From Eledone cirrhosa (lineage: Eukaryota), in the NCBI GenBank assembly GCA_964016885.1, contig OZ024765.1:12834001-12898000 (forward strand): a DNA stretch of 64,000 nucleotides. The letters are read 5' to 3'. The notes under the pieces are model-generated. The model was not told where the DNA came from and did not search any database. It saw nothing but the letters and a program-made list of their open reading frames with translations. Numbering within the stretch: position 1 is the first letter of the stretch; each line of letters begins with the position of its first letter. A program made the translations under genes and the position numbers. Shown here piece after piece: positions 11,963-24,299 of the stretch.

Positions 11963-12198
11963 CCGAGTCAGACCTTCAAATTCATTAACCTCCACCTTTC
12001 TTTGCAAACCTCTTACTTCCTCCTCTTCCTTCTCCTCATAGTCATCTTCAGTATAAAGTGTATGTACACCAGTCTTGTCATCAGGCATTTGGTTTCTGTC
12101 TTCATCGGCCAATGGTAGAGCTTTGCTCATGTCATGTGACTGGGCATCGCTGTACAGCTTTTCTACATCTTCGATTTCATTCACTTCCACGAGGTCTC
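11963..12198 (-). CDS. ERCC5: XPG/ERCC5 coding exon 7 (DLVEVNEIEDVEK...NEFEGLTR)
   Basis: 236-nt acidic spacer exon; TAG acceptor, GTAAGT donor; phase 1 to 0 matches flanking exons. Confidence 0.8.
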
Positions 12199-13973
12199 CT
12201 ACATATGATGGTATTGGAGGTAGTGGTGGTGGTGATAGTAGAAGTAGTGATGGTGTCAATGGTGGTAGTGGTGGTGGTGGTGGTGGTGGTATTGTCAGTG
12301 ATGGTGGTGATAGTAATAGTAATAGTGGCAGTGACAATAGTAGTGGTGATAGTAGTAGTAGTGGTGGTGTCAATGGTGTTGGTGGTGGTGGTGATAGTAG
12401 TAGTAGTGGTGGTATTGTTAGTGGTGGTGGTGATAGTAGTAGTAGTGATGGTATTGTTAGTGATGGTGGTGATTGTAGTAGTAGTGGTGGTGGTGATTGT
12501 GGTGGTAGTGGTGTTGTCAATGGTAGTGGTGTTATTGGTAGTGGTATTGTCAGTGGTGGTGTAGGTGTTGTCATTGTTGGTGTAGGTGGTTAAGTGAGTG
12601 GTGTAGGTTGTGTTGCGTAGGTGGTAGTGTGGATGGTAGCGTTGGTGGTGTAAATGGAGAGAAAGTAGAAAACAAGAAACACAGTTATAGATATCTATCC
12701 TTAATTAAAAAGAAAAACATAAACAAATATACAGTAGAATAACAACAACAAATACCCAAATAACGTTGTTGTTGTTGTTATAGATGTATTGGACAGAATC
12801 ATTAGACCAAATGCCTTGTGGTATTTGATCCAAGTCCCTGTACACTGTGTTCAAATCTTCCACCAAGATCAAATTTGCTTTTTGTCCTTTCACACAGCAA
12901 CAATGATATGTGTTTTAGGGCCATTTTCCTTGCTAAAGCAGGGATTAGCTTTGCAAGCCCCCGTGATAAGCTTCTCCATCACCCTCAACGTTTGCACCCC
13001 CCTCTTCACTTAACAAGTCTCTGGCTTTCATTTCCTCCTCCATCATCTTTAGACATGAATTTCTTGGGCCTTCCTCCTTCCCTTTCTTCTACATCTCTCA
13101 CATCCATCAATCACTTTCACCAAACACTGACAAGGCAGGGGTTGACCCAAGGCTGTGGCAAATCACACAAAGATGCCACACGGATTGAAGCTGGGACCTA
13201 ATTGAGTGCAGTTCTGGAAATGTCAAGACATTACAATATGCCCCCACACCCCCCACCGCAAGGTGGTCGTGGAGGTGCCACGGCAAAAAAGCACCCAGCC
13301 CACACTGTAAAGTGGACGTGTAGGCACCACGAAAAAGCGCCCAGCCCTCACTGTAAATGAGGTTGGTGTTAGGAAGGGCATCCAGCTGTAGACATCAAGC
13401 CAGAATCAGTTCCTGTATGAGCAAGGCATAGTCAGCCGACCAGACACTGCCCACAACAGGACAACCCGTCTAACCCATGCTAGCGTGGAAGAACGGACGT
13501 AAAACGGTGATGATGATGATGATGATTTCTGATTTAGGCAGAAAGCCAACAATTTTTTGGGGGAAAGGGGAAAGTCGATTAAATTGACCCCAGTGCATTA
13601 CTGCTACTTTATTCTATCTACCCTGTAAAGATGAAAGGCAAAGCTAACCTCAACAGGATTTGAACCCAGAACGTAAAAGGATGTAACTATATGCCTCATA
13701 GTATGTTGTTTGATGCTCTACCAATACTGCCAATCTACTGCCTTTTATATAAGACTTTATTTAGGTTTAATCAATGTATATCAGTTATGTTTCTGAATAA
13801 AAAGCCCCATGAACATTAGTTCAGAGCATCAGTTATACAAGCTTAAATGATATATAAAAAAGGTATATCATCATCATCATCATCATCAACGTTTAACGTC
13901 CGTGTTCCACGCTTGCATGGGTTTGGACGGGAGTTTTCCCACTTGAGGCAAGAGTGATTGTCTTGCTCGCATA

Positions 13974-14876
13974 GGACTGTCTGGCAGGTTTTCTACAGTT
14001 GGATGCCCTTCCTAACACCAACCACATTTACAGTGTGGGGCTGGGAGGTTTTTACCGTGTTGCCTACACGGCCACATTACAGCGTGGACTGTCTGGCGGG
14101 TTTTCTACAGCTGGATGCCCTTCCTAACACCAACCACATTTACAGTGTGGGTCTGGGAGGTTTTTACCGTGTTGCCTACACGGCCACATTACAGCGTGGA
14201 CTGTCTGGCGGATTTTCTACAGCTGGATGCCCTTCCTAACACCAACCACATTTACAGTGTGGGTCTGGGAGGTTTTTACCGTGTTGCCTACACGGCCACA
14301 TTACAGCGTGGACTGTCTGGCGGGTTTTCTACAGTTGGATGCCCTTCCTAACACCAACCACATTTACAGTGTGGGGCTGGGAGGTTTTTACCGTGTTGCC
14401 TACACGGCCACATTACAGCGTGGACTGTCTGGCGGGTTTTCTACAGCTGGATGCCCTTCCTAACACCAACCACATTTACAGTGTGGGTCTGGGAGGTTTT
14501 TACCGTGTTGCCTACACGGCCACATTACAGCGTGGACTGTCTGGCGGGTTTTCTACAGCTGGATGCCCTTCCTAACACCAACCACATTTACAGTGTGGGA
14601 CTGGGAGGTTTTTACCGTGTTGCCTACACGGCCACATTACAGCGTGGACTGTGTGGCGGGTTTTCTACAGTTGGATGCCCTTCCTAACACCAACCACATT
14701 TACAGTGTGGGACTGGGAGGTTTTTACCGTGTTACCTACATGGCCACATTACAGCGTGGACTGTCTGGCGGGTTTTCTACAGCTGGATGCCCTTCCTAAC
14801 ACCAACCACATTTACAGTGTGGGACTGGGACGTTTTTACCGTGTTGCCTACATGGTCACATTACAGCGTGGACTGT
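13974..14876. repeat. 112-bp tandem array (~8 copies) inside a SINE
   Basis: Period 112 is visible in the repeated ORF starts 14115, 14227, 14339, 14451 and 14563. Confidence 0.95.
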
Positions 14877-15208
14877 GTGTTTTTTTGTCGTGACACCTAC
14901 ACGATCTCGTTTGTTTCGGACTGGATGGTGTGGCACCAACATAACTTTACATAGAAGGGGGTGGGGGTGGTGGGACGGGGTGTATTTGTTAGAGATGCCT
15001 ACTATATATATATCAATTGAGGAACTAGTAGTATTTTGTACATATATACAGATATACAGAGTAATTAATGTTAATTGCTCTGTACATATATATATGTAGA
15101 AAATACTAGTGGTTTTATCATGATCATCACCGTTTAATGTCTATTTTTCTCAATATATATATATATATATATACCCTTTATATATCATATATATATATAT
15201 ATCCTTTA

Positions 15209-15242
<34 letters not shown>

Positions 15243-15503
15243 CCTTTATATATATATATATATACCCTTTATATATATCATATATATATATATATCATAT
15301 ATATATACCCTTTATATATATATCATATATATACCCTTTATAGATATATATCATATATATATATATACCCTTTACATATATATATATATCTATACCCTTT
15401 ACATATATATCTATATCTATACCCTTTACATATATATCTATATCCTTTACATATATATATCTATACCCTTTACATATATATATATATATATATATATACC
15501 CTT

Positions 15504-15559
<56 letters not shown>

Positions 15560-15773
15560 CTTTATATATCATCATCATCAATTAACGTCTATCTTCCACG
15601 CTACCATGGGTTAGACAGGTTTGTCCCATTTAGAGGCAAGTTGGGTCGGGTGACCTTGTCTCGCTCATATAGGAGTGGTTCTGGCTGGTTTTCTATGGTC
15701 GGATGCCCTTCCACCCTTTTTTACATATCATTTAAACTTATATAAGACTTTATATATATGATATATAACTCAC

Positions 15774-16746
15774 CCTCTTCGCTATCATCAGACTCAGAGT
15801 GAATTTTCTCTTGTTGAAATTCTTCACTTGGAACAGCCATGTCTCTCTTGGACTCCTCAGTGGCACTAACCCTCTCTATAGTCACATCTGTATTGGCTAC
15901 AGTGCCTATAGTCACATCTCGCAGCAACACTGAACTTTCATCCTGACTGCTAGCTTGTCTCTCAGAAGTAAAGGAACCTTTTGAGTCACCGACAGCAACC
16001 GGTTTAATTTCCGCAGTCTTGGCAACAGATACAGGATTCTCTGGTGCAGTTTGTTTTAAATGAGTCTTTGCTTTAAGTATTTGGTCATCTTCTGATTCCT
16101 CACTATCAGAATCTGATGAAGAAATCTTCACATAAGAGGATGTACTGGTAATATTTCCTGATTCTTCAACAGGCATTTGGGCCACATTATGTTTTCCTGA
16201 TTCAGCTAATTTGGCCCAATTAAACAGTATATTTTTATCGATGCTGAAAAGATTTTGTGAATTTGTGGAGTCTTTACTTTCATTCTCTAATTTCTCTTGT
16301 TCGTTCAGAAAATTTTTTTCTTGTTTAATATTTGGTAGCTTGTCATATGATTTTTTACATTTGCTGGCACCACCAGAACTCATTTCTTCAACCCACTGAT
16401 TACCACTGGTATGTACAGAATCAGGACATCTGTAAGACGGAGGTTGTTTTGTTGTCGACCCTTCATCTGAGGCATCACTCATGTCGTCCTCTTTTATCTC
16501 TTCTTTTGTCCGTTCGATAACTTTGAGAGCAGTATCTTTCTGTAGACCCTTCACAAAGATGAAATGGGAGCTGTCCTCTGAAGCAATCTTCTTTATGTTA
16601 ACGACTTTGTCAGCAAAGCCTGTTTCACTGGTCAGTTTCCCAGACGTTTTGGCTATAATTTCATCCTGAACTCTCACTATCTGGCTACTGATTTTATTTT
16701 GTTTTAGTAGCTTTGATATCTGGTATGAGGCAAAGTCTCCAGCGTC
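15774..16746 (-). CDS. ERCC5: XPG/ERCC5 coding exon 6 (DAGDFASYQISKLLK... large acidic/Ser-rich spacer)
   Basis: 973-nt open frame that includes track ORF 15721..16677; starts with the conserved DFxxYQ motif, contains KIASEDSSHFIFVK; CAG acceptor, G|GTGAGT donor. Confidence 0.9.
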
Positions 16747-17463
16747 CTGAGAAGATACAAAAAAACAAAAACAAAAACAAACTTTAATTTAACCTTCCCC
16801 CCCCCCACTCCAACCTCCACCACCCACTCTCTATTACTGTTCTCCCAGCCTCAAGGAGGAGACAAGCGTCCTGGTGTTGACATGTAGCAGTGCTGGTTCC
16901 ACAATAAAATATGCTCAGTCCACTCTGTAAAGTGGTAGTACTGGTACCATGAAAAAAAGCACCCAGTCCATTCTGTAAAGTGGTAGTGCTTGTGCCATGA
17001 TAAAATGTAACTTAACAAAGGTTCTTTTATAAAATTATAATTGTTTCTACTTTTGGCACAAGGCCAGCAATTACCCAGTGTATTAATGGTACTTTATTTT
17101 ATCGACCCCGTAAGGATGAAAGGCAAAGTTAACCTCGGCGGGATTTGAACTCAGAATGGCAAGGGCCATAACTCTATGCGTCAAAGCATGGCGTCCGACC
17201 CTCAACCGATACTGCCAATCCACATGCCTTATATAAAATTATAATGAAAGGTTTTTAGATAAATATCAACACTTTAAAACAAACAATTTTGTATTGTAAA
17301 ACCAGTGTTTGGAACATAACTTAACAAAAGTTCTTACATAAAATGTTGATGGAAAATGTTTTAGACAAATATTATCACTTTTAAGACAAACAGTTTTATA
17401 TTATAAAAGACTTTAATATAAACAGTTTTGTATCCTAAAATTAGGGTTTAAACATGTAACTAC

Positions 17464-17607
17464 CTCTGGCAATTCATTGATCTGGTTCCATGATGATCGT
17501 TTCATTGATTCTTTGATTTCTCTGAGGAATTCATGTTGGATCTCAGGTGGCAGCGACTGGAATTCTTCAGAATCAACGTTGATGTCCTTGATGTTTTGGT
17601 AATGGGA
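17464..17607 (-). CDS. ERCC5: XPG/ERCC5 coding exon 5 (SHYQNIKDINVDSEEFQSLPPEIQHEFL...NELPE)
   Basis: Contains the FxSLPPEIQHE ubiquitin-binding-motif-like segment conserved in XPG; 144 nt, phase 0-0. Confidence 0.9.
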
Positions 17608-18577
17608 CTGGAAATATGTATGGAGAAGTAGAGAGATAGGTGGAGGGGTGGAGAGGTGGATGGATAGATAAGTAGAGAGATGGGTAGATGGGTGGAGAGA
17701 AGGGTAGATGTGTGGATAGATGGGGAGGGAGGCGTAGATGGATGGAGAGAGGGGTAGATGTGGGGAAAGAGGGGTAGATGGGTGGAGAGAGGGGTAGATG
17801 GGTGGAGAGAGGGGTGGAGAGGGGTAGATGGGTGGAGATTGGGAGAGAGGGGTAGATGGGTGGAGAGATGGGGGAGAGGGGTAGATGGGTGGAGAGATGG
17901 GGGGGAGAGAGAGAGATGGGTGGAGAGATTGGGAGAGAGGGGTAGATGGGTGGAGAGATGGGGGGAGGGGGGTAGATGGGTGGAGAGATGGGTAGAAAGA
18001 TGGGGAGTGAGGTGGAGAGAGGAGTAGTTGGGTGTAGGGATACAGAGGTGGGTGGATAGATGGAGAGATAGGTAAATGGGTGGCTGGGTGAAAAGATGGA
18101 TAGATAGAGAGTTTTGTGTGGGTAGAGAGGTAGACAGATAAATAGGAGAACTAGGTTTGTAGGTAGATGGATAGATAGGTTTGTATGTTGACAGATGGAT
18201 GGGTAGATAGATAGATAAACAAAGAGACAGACAGACTGATGGATATATAGATAGATAGGGAACTGAACACTGTAAAGTGGTTGTGTAGGTGTCACAACAA
18301 AAAGCACCCAGTCCACTCTGTAAAGTGGTCGTGGAGGTGTCATGACAAAAAGCATCCAGTACTCACTGTAGTGGCCGTGTAGGTGTCACGACTAAAAGCA
18401 CCCAGCCCACTCTGTAAATGAGGTTGGTGTTAGGAAGGGCATCCTGCTGTAGAAACCAAGCCAAAATCAGTTCTGTATGAGTGAGACATGGTCACCTGAC
18501 CTGGCATTGCTCACAACAGGATAACTTGTCTAACTCATGCTAGTGTGGAGAAAAGGCTGTTAAACAGTGATGATGAT

Positions 18578-19672
18578 GGATAAACAATGAGACAGACAGA
18601 CAGACAAATAGATAAATAGATAAACAATGAGACAGACAGACAGATAAATAGATAAATAGATAAACAATGAGACAGACAGACAGACAAATAGATAAACAAT
18701 GAGACAGACAGACAGATAAATAGATAAATAGATAAACAATGAGACAGACAGACAGACAGATAAATAGATAAACAATGAGACAGACAGACAGACAGATAAA
18801 TAGATAAACAATGAGACAGACAGACAGACAGACAAATAGATAAATAGATAAACAATGAGACAGACAGACAGACAAATAGATAAATAGATAAACAATGAGA
18901 CAGACAGACAGATAAATAGATAAATAGATAAACAATGAGACAGACAGACAGATAAATAGATAAATAATGAGACAGACAGACAGACAAATAGATAAACAAT
19001 GAGACAGACAGACAGATAAATAGATAAACAATGAGACAGACAGACAGATAAATAGATAAACAATGAGACAGACAGACAGATAAATAGATAAACAATGAGA
19101 CAGACAGATAAATAGATAAACAATGAGACAGACAGATAAATAGATAAACAATGAGACAGACAGATAAATAGATAAACAATGAGACAGACAGATAAATAGA
19201 TAAACAATGAGACAGACAGACAGATAAATAGATAAACAATGAGACAGACAGATAAATAGATAAACAATGAGACAGACAGATAAATAGATAAACAATGAGA
19301 CAGACAGATAAATAGATAAACAATGAGACAGACAGACAGATAAATAGATAAACAATGAGACAGACAGACAGATAAATAGATAAACAATGAGACAGACAGA
19401 CAGACAGATAAATAGATAAACAATGAGACAGACAGATAAATAGATAAACAATGAGACAGACAGATAAATAGATAAACAATGAGACATACAGACAGATAAA
19501 TAGATAAACAATGAGACAGACAGATAAATAGATAAACAATGAGACAGACAGATAAATAGATAAACAATGAGACAGACAGATAAATAGATAAACAATGAGA
19601 CAGACAGACAGATAAATAGATAAACAATGAGACAGACAGACAGACAAATAGATAAATAGATAAACAATGAGG
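18578..19672. repeat. Compound GATA/GACA minisatellite
   Basis: gataaatagataaacaatga(gaca)2-4 repeated. Confidence 0.95.
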
Positions 19673-19786
19673 CAGATAGGTAGACAGATAGATAGATAGA
19701 TAAATAAACAAAGATACAGACAGACAGATAATGAGAGTCAAGTGAAAAGGTATATATCCAAGTTCAAAAGGAAAGGTTCAACTTAC

Positions 19787-19844
19787 ATCTAGGAGGGAAT
19801 GTACACGGTCCCAAGGGGCTTCCTCATTAGCCTCATTAAGGTAT
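19787..19844 (-). CDS. ERCC5: XPG/ERCC5 coding exon 4 (YLNEANEEAPWDRVHSLLD)
   Basis: 58-nt open exon with AAG acceptor and GTAAGT donor; supplies the phase 2 to 0 change needed between exons 3 and 5. Confidence 0.7.
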
Positions 19845-20196
19845 CTTCATCATGAAATACAAAACAAAATATTATAAATAACTAGCAGAAAAGCCACCAT
19901 TCGGGTGGTTTTCTGCTAGCATATGTAGTGTGCATATAGATATCATCATCATCATCAACGTTTTACGTCCGTTCTTCCATACTAGCATGGGTTAGACAGG
20001 TTGTCCTGTTGTGGGCAGTGTCTGGTCGGCTGACCATGCCTTGCTCATACAGGAACTGATTCTGGCTTGATTTCTACAGCTGGATGCCCTTCCTAACACC
20101 AACCTCATTTACAGTGTGGACTGGGTGCTTTTTTGCCGTGGCACCTCCACGACCACCTTGCAGTGGGAGGGTGTGGGGGCTTATTGTCTATATGCT

Positions 20197-20482
20197 TCAG
20201 CTTGTACCCATGGGAGGTCGAGTACTCTGTATTACTGCGTGACGCCAGAGGTCACGGCCGTGTGTCATCGCCTTTGAGAGGTGTAATTGGGTAAGGTCGG
20301 CTTTTATCACCTCATCCCAGATCCTCTTGGGTCTCCCCACTCCGCGGTTTCCATTGACTTCTAGTGCTCTGCACCTTTTTATGCAGCTGTCATCCTTCAT
20401 ACGCATCACATGTCCATACCAACGCAACCGCCTCTCCTGCACACAGCATTTGATTCCTTTTATGCTTAGTCTCTCTCTCACT
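20197..20482 (-). mobile_element. RTE LINE 3' fragment
   Basis: ERRLRWYGHVMRM...GRPKRIW. Confidence 0.8.
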
Positions 20483-20754
20483 TCATATATATGCATGTAG
20501 ATATGATACATCAAATGAAATTATAATTGACAGAAATTGATGAAAGACTGTGTTACACTGTCTTCTGTAATCAGTAAAGTAATCCATGATACATTTAAAA
20601 AAGATATTATATATAAACTGGGGAACCAGCCGAATCAGTTGGAGACGGTGGCTTCTGACAGGACTCACTGGATGAAGTGTTTGAGAACTCTGCCCCCACG
20701 ACCCTCTCAGGAATAAGTGGGCGAAGAAGAAGAAGAAAATAAAAATCAACTTAC

Positions 20755-21008
20755 TGCTGACTTGACTCTGGAAGGTCTTCCAATTCAAACATGTCCCGTT
20801 GGCGGGGTTTAGAAGGCAGGAGACGACTGACCAATTCTGAAGAAGACCCTGCCTCTGTATTACTACTACTTCTGCTACTCCCCTTCTTGGGACTGTCTTT
20901 TTGGATGGTTCTGTTTAAGAGCTGCTGTTTCAGAATATTGTGGAGGATCCGGTCGGAAATTTCACCGGATTTCTCAGAAGCTATTTCCTTTTGTTCACGG
21001 CGGAGAGC
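20755..21008 (-). CDS. ERCC5: XPG/ERCC5 coding exon 3 (ALRREQKEIASEK...RDMFELEDLPESSQ)
   Basis: Open frame continuing the N-domain helix; CAG acceptor, GTAAGT donor; 254 nt, phase 0 to 2. Confidence 0.85.
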
Positions 21009-21387
21009 CTGGGAGAGGACGGTAGATAGGGAGATAGATGGATGGATGGATGGATGGATGGATATAGATAAACAAAGAGAGAAAGCTAGATAGATAGGTA
21101 AATAGATAGATAGATAGATGACATCTCAAGTCTGTCTTAACCCTTTAGCTAGCATTTGAACCAGCCATATCCGGCCAGAATTCTCTCACCACTTCTGTTC
21201 AAACCAGCTGTAACCAGCCCCTCATACTGATGTGAAGGTATTGTGCATGTGTGTGAGTGAGTGTGTCTGTGTGAGAGCTAATAACCTGGCTGAAAGCGAA
21301 CCCTTAACCAGGATATCAGCTGTCTCACTATATGTCTTACCACATGTTTTACCACTAGACTAAACAGACTACCTTGGATAGATAGAT

Positions 21388-21428
<41 letters not shown>

Positions 21429-21934
21429 TAGAGAGATAGATAGATAGATATAGACAGACAGACAGATAAATAGAGAGAGAGAGGTAAATAGATGGATCAA
21501 TAGTCAGCTATATAGTTAGATGGATAGAAAGAGATATGTAGCTGGATAGATGGATATATATATATATATATATATACATATATACACAGATAGATAGATA
21601 CATAGATGGATCAATAGGCAGCTATATAGATAGACAGACAGACAGAGAGATAAATAGATAGAGAGAGATAAATAGATGGATCAATAAACAGCTATATAGA
21701 TATATTTCTTTATTAGCCACAGGGGCACAAAAGAAGGGGACAAATACAAAGGGGGAAGTTTACATACAATAAAAACGTGTAAAATGTTATCACAGATGGA
21801 ATTTAAAAGTTAGTCGATTTTCCCCAATAGAGGGAGACAGTTTATATGGGTAACACATACCCCCGAAAAAAAAGATAGATAGATAAAAATATATAAATGC
21901 GGCACTCCCACGATCATTATGTAGCTATCCCCTA

Positions 21935-22290
21935 ACACTTCCACCATATTGCCAGCTAGTCCTCCACCCACCCACCATGTAGCTATACCACTAAGCAGAA
22001 CACCCCACCATGTAGCTATATTATTACCCACAATACCCCACCACATAGCTACCCCCTATCCAGAACACCCCACCATGTAGCTACACCCTACCCAGAACAC
22101 CCCACCATGTAAATACCCCCACCCCACTCCACCATGCAGCTAACCCCTACCCATAACACCCCACCATGTAGCCATACCAGTACCCACAACACCACACCAT
22201 GTAGCTATCCCACTAGCTACAACACCACACCATATAGCTATACCACTACCCACAATACCCCACTATGTAGCTATGCCACCCCACATGCAA
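21935..22290. repeat. Degenerate ~30-bp tandem repeat
   Basis: caccccaccatgtagcta.accc recurs about 11 times. Confidence 0.75.
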
Positions 22291-22334
22291 TTTCTCTCCC
22301 ACACAGTGAAACAAGACATTAAATAACCACCTAC

Positions 22335-22510
22335 CAAAGTCTGCCATTTCAATACAGGTACACCACCATCAAATACAAAAATTGGTTTGATCCGGTAGTA
22401 AAGCAGCTTACAGACTCGATTGAACAACACTATGAGGTGAGCATTGGGGACAGGATTTCCAGAACGATCCCTCATTCCTTTCGTAGCTTGATGAAGCCAC
22501 AGACTTACAT
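22335..22510 (-). CDS. ERCC5: XPG/ERCC5 coding exon 2 (DVSLWLHQ...NAHL...[18 protein letters not shown])
   Basis: XPG N-domain with the catalytic Asp motifs (I)DVS and VFDG; 176 nt, AG/GT boundaries, phases match neighbours. Confidence 0.95.
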
Positions 22511-23066
22511 CTGGAGTAATGAAAAAAGTTGAGAAGAAAAATATATCTATATTGCTGGCTTTTTAGCTTCGGAAAATATCAGTAAATATAACACAAATAT
22601 ATATAAATATATATCATTTGAAGTTTGAAGGCCACGACAATGTGAAATGTATGAACAAGAATATAAGACAAAGTAAGATGTTATGTTTTATCTTATTTAT
22701 ATGTCCTGATATTTTGAGATAAAATCTCTTCTTCGGAGGGAAATAGCAAGGGACTAGTCCGGGTTTGATGAAATACGTTATATCTTGCTATTTCCGTCTA
22801 CAGAAGAGATTTTATCTCAAAATATCAGGACAGATAAATAAATATGGTAATACATAACATCTTGCTTCATCTTATTTTCTTGTTTGTTCATTTCACATTG
22901 TTGTGGCTTTCAAACTTTACATTTTATACACCATATGCAATGCTTCAAGCAAACTACAACTTCCTCCTATATATAAATGTTTTACTGTGTTGGCCATCAC
23001 ATAGAGTTATAGCCGACATGGACTGGAATTGAATTCTGTCAATCGATTGTTATTGATTAGGCAAAA

Positions 23067-23131
23067 TCCGCTGATGAAGCCATATGTCCATCCTATTACT
23101 GCATTAAATGTGGCTGAAGCTCGAGTTCAGG
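23067..23131 (+). ncRNA. Degenerate hammerhead (GAAA changed to GAAG)
   Basis: CTGATGA-agccatat...atgtggct-GAAG-ctcgag-TT-cagg; palindromic stem III, imperfect stem I. Confidence 0.55.
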
Positions 23132-24211
23132 TATAGATTGAAGGTACCCATTTACATGCGTTGTTTGAAGCAAATAACTATGTGTCTACTCTGGGACTTT
23201 ACTTAACATTACCTATTGAGTACACTGAGATTCAACCGGTACTAACAATGAGACCCATGCTAGTTCTGTTAACTTATTATAAATATATATTTAAAGGTGG
23301 TGAATTGGCAGAGTCACTAGAACGTTGGATAGAATACTTTGCAGTGTTTGTTCAGGCTCTCTGTGTTCAAATCTCGCTGGGGGTCAAGTTTGCTTTTCAT
23401 CATTTGGAGGGTGATAAAAAAAAGTACCAGTTTATTACTGTAGTTGATTCTTTATTTATATCTCTTTCTATCCTTCTCTGGAAGAAATCTGCTTGTTCAG
23501 TCCTGGAGAAGGGTGGGCTCTTCCAGGCTTAAAAAATGTCGAAGAAACGCTGTATGCTACTATGGCACCCCTATGACTCCATCAGGGTTACAGAACCATA
23601 TCAGTATATATATACTATACTTTGGGAGGGTCATGCTGCCAATAAAAACATACACATCTGTTAAATTTCACTTTGGTTTTATTATTAGGGTAGTGGTTTG
23701 GTAGAATTGGTAGAGCATCGGGCAAAATGCCATTGTGGTATTTGTTCTGATTCTTTACATTCTGGGTCCAAATCCTGCCAAAATCCACTTCACTTTTCAT
23801 TCTTCTGGGGTCGATAAATGAAAGGCACACATACTCTCCATAGGCTGTATATAGTGAAGGCAACCCATCTAGGAGAGCAGTTACTCTGAATAAAAACTGA
23901 TGCAGAGTAAAGAGGACCATTAAGTACTGTCAGAGAACCTCTCTAGTGACGGTGACACAATACTAAAAAATGTACCTAGGCCATGTTGTAAAGAGGTTGG
24001 TGATAGGAAGGGCAGCCATCCAGAAAACTTTACCAAAAACCATGAGTAACATCATCATCATCAAACTACCTATTAATCTAAGCAAGCATGGAATAGATAT
24101 TAAACAGTAATGATGATGATATGAAATAAAATAAATGCTGGAAAATAGTAAATTTAGTAAAAAAAAAAAATAAATAAATAAATAAGTCAAAGAAAGAAAA
24201 AATATGTATAC

Positions 24212-24299
24212 CAATAGCCAGGATTTTGCCTTCGAGGGCTTCAAGTCGGACTGGCTTCCCAACAGGTTGAAGTAGGGACCATAGACCGTGAACTCCCAT
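24212..24299 (-). CDS. ERCC5: XPG/ERCC5 coding exon 1 (MGVHGLWSLLQPVGKPVRLEALEGKILAI)
   Basis: Canonical Rad2/XPG N-terminus MGVxGLW; ATG at 24299-24297; 88 nt, phase-1 donor G|GTATAC; polypyrimidine+CAG acceptor just upstream (exon starts at 24312), so a 5' UTR exon lies further upstream. Confidence 0.95.

Noticed and set aside
12950-13200. Additional ERCC5 exon in the 12199-15773 intron
   Set aside because: It contains stops, resembles decayed LINE sequence, and exon phases already join without it.
18535-19741. Long ORFs in the track over simple repeats (also 37031-37753, 39997-41103, 42547-43602, 50848-52086 and 61875-63117)
   Set aside because: They are translations of stop-poor micro/minisatellites, open in several frames, with no coding signal.
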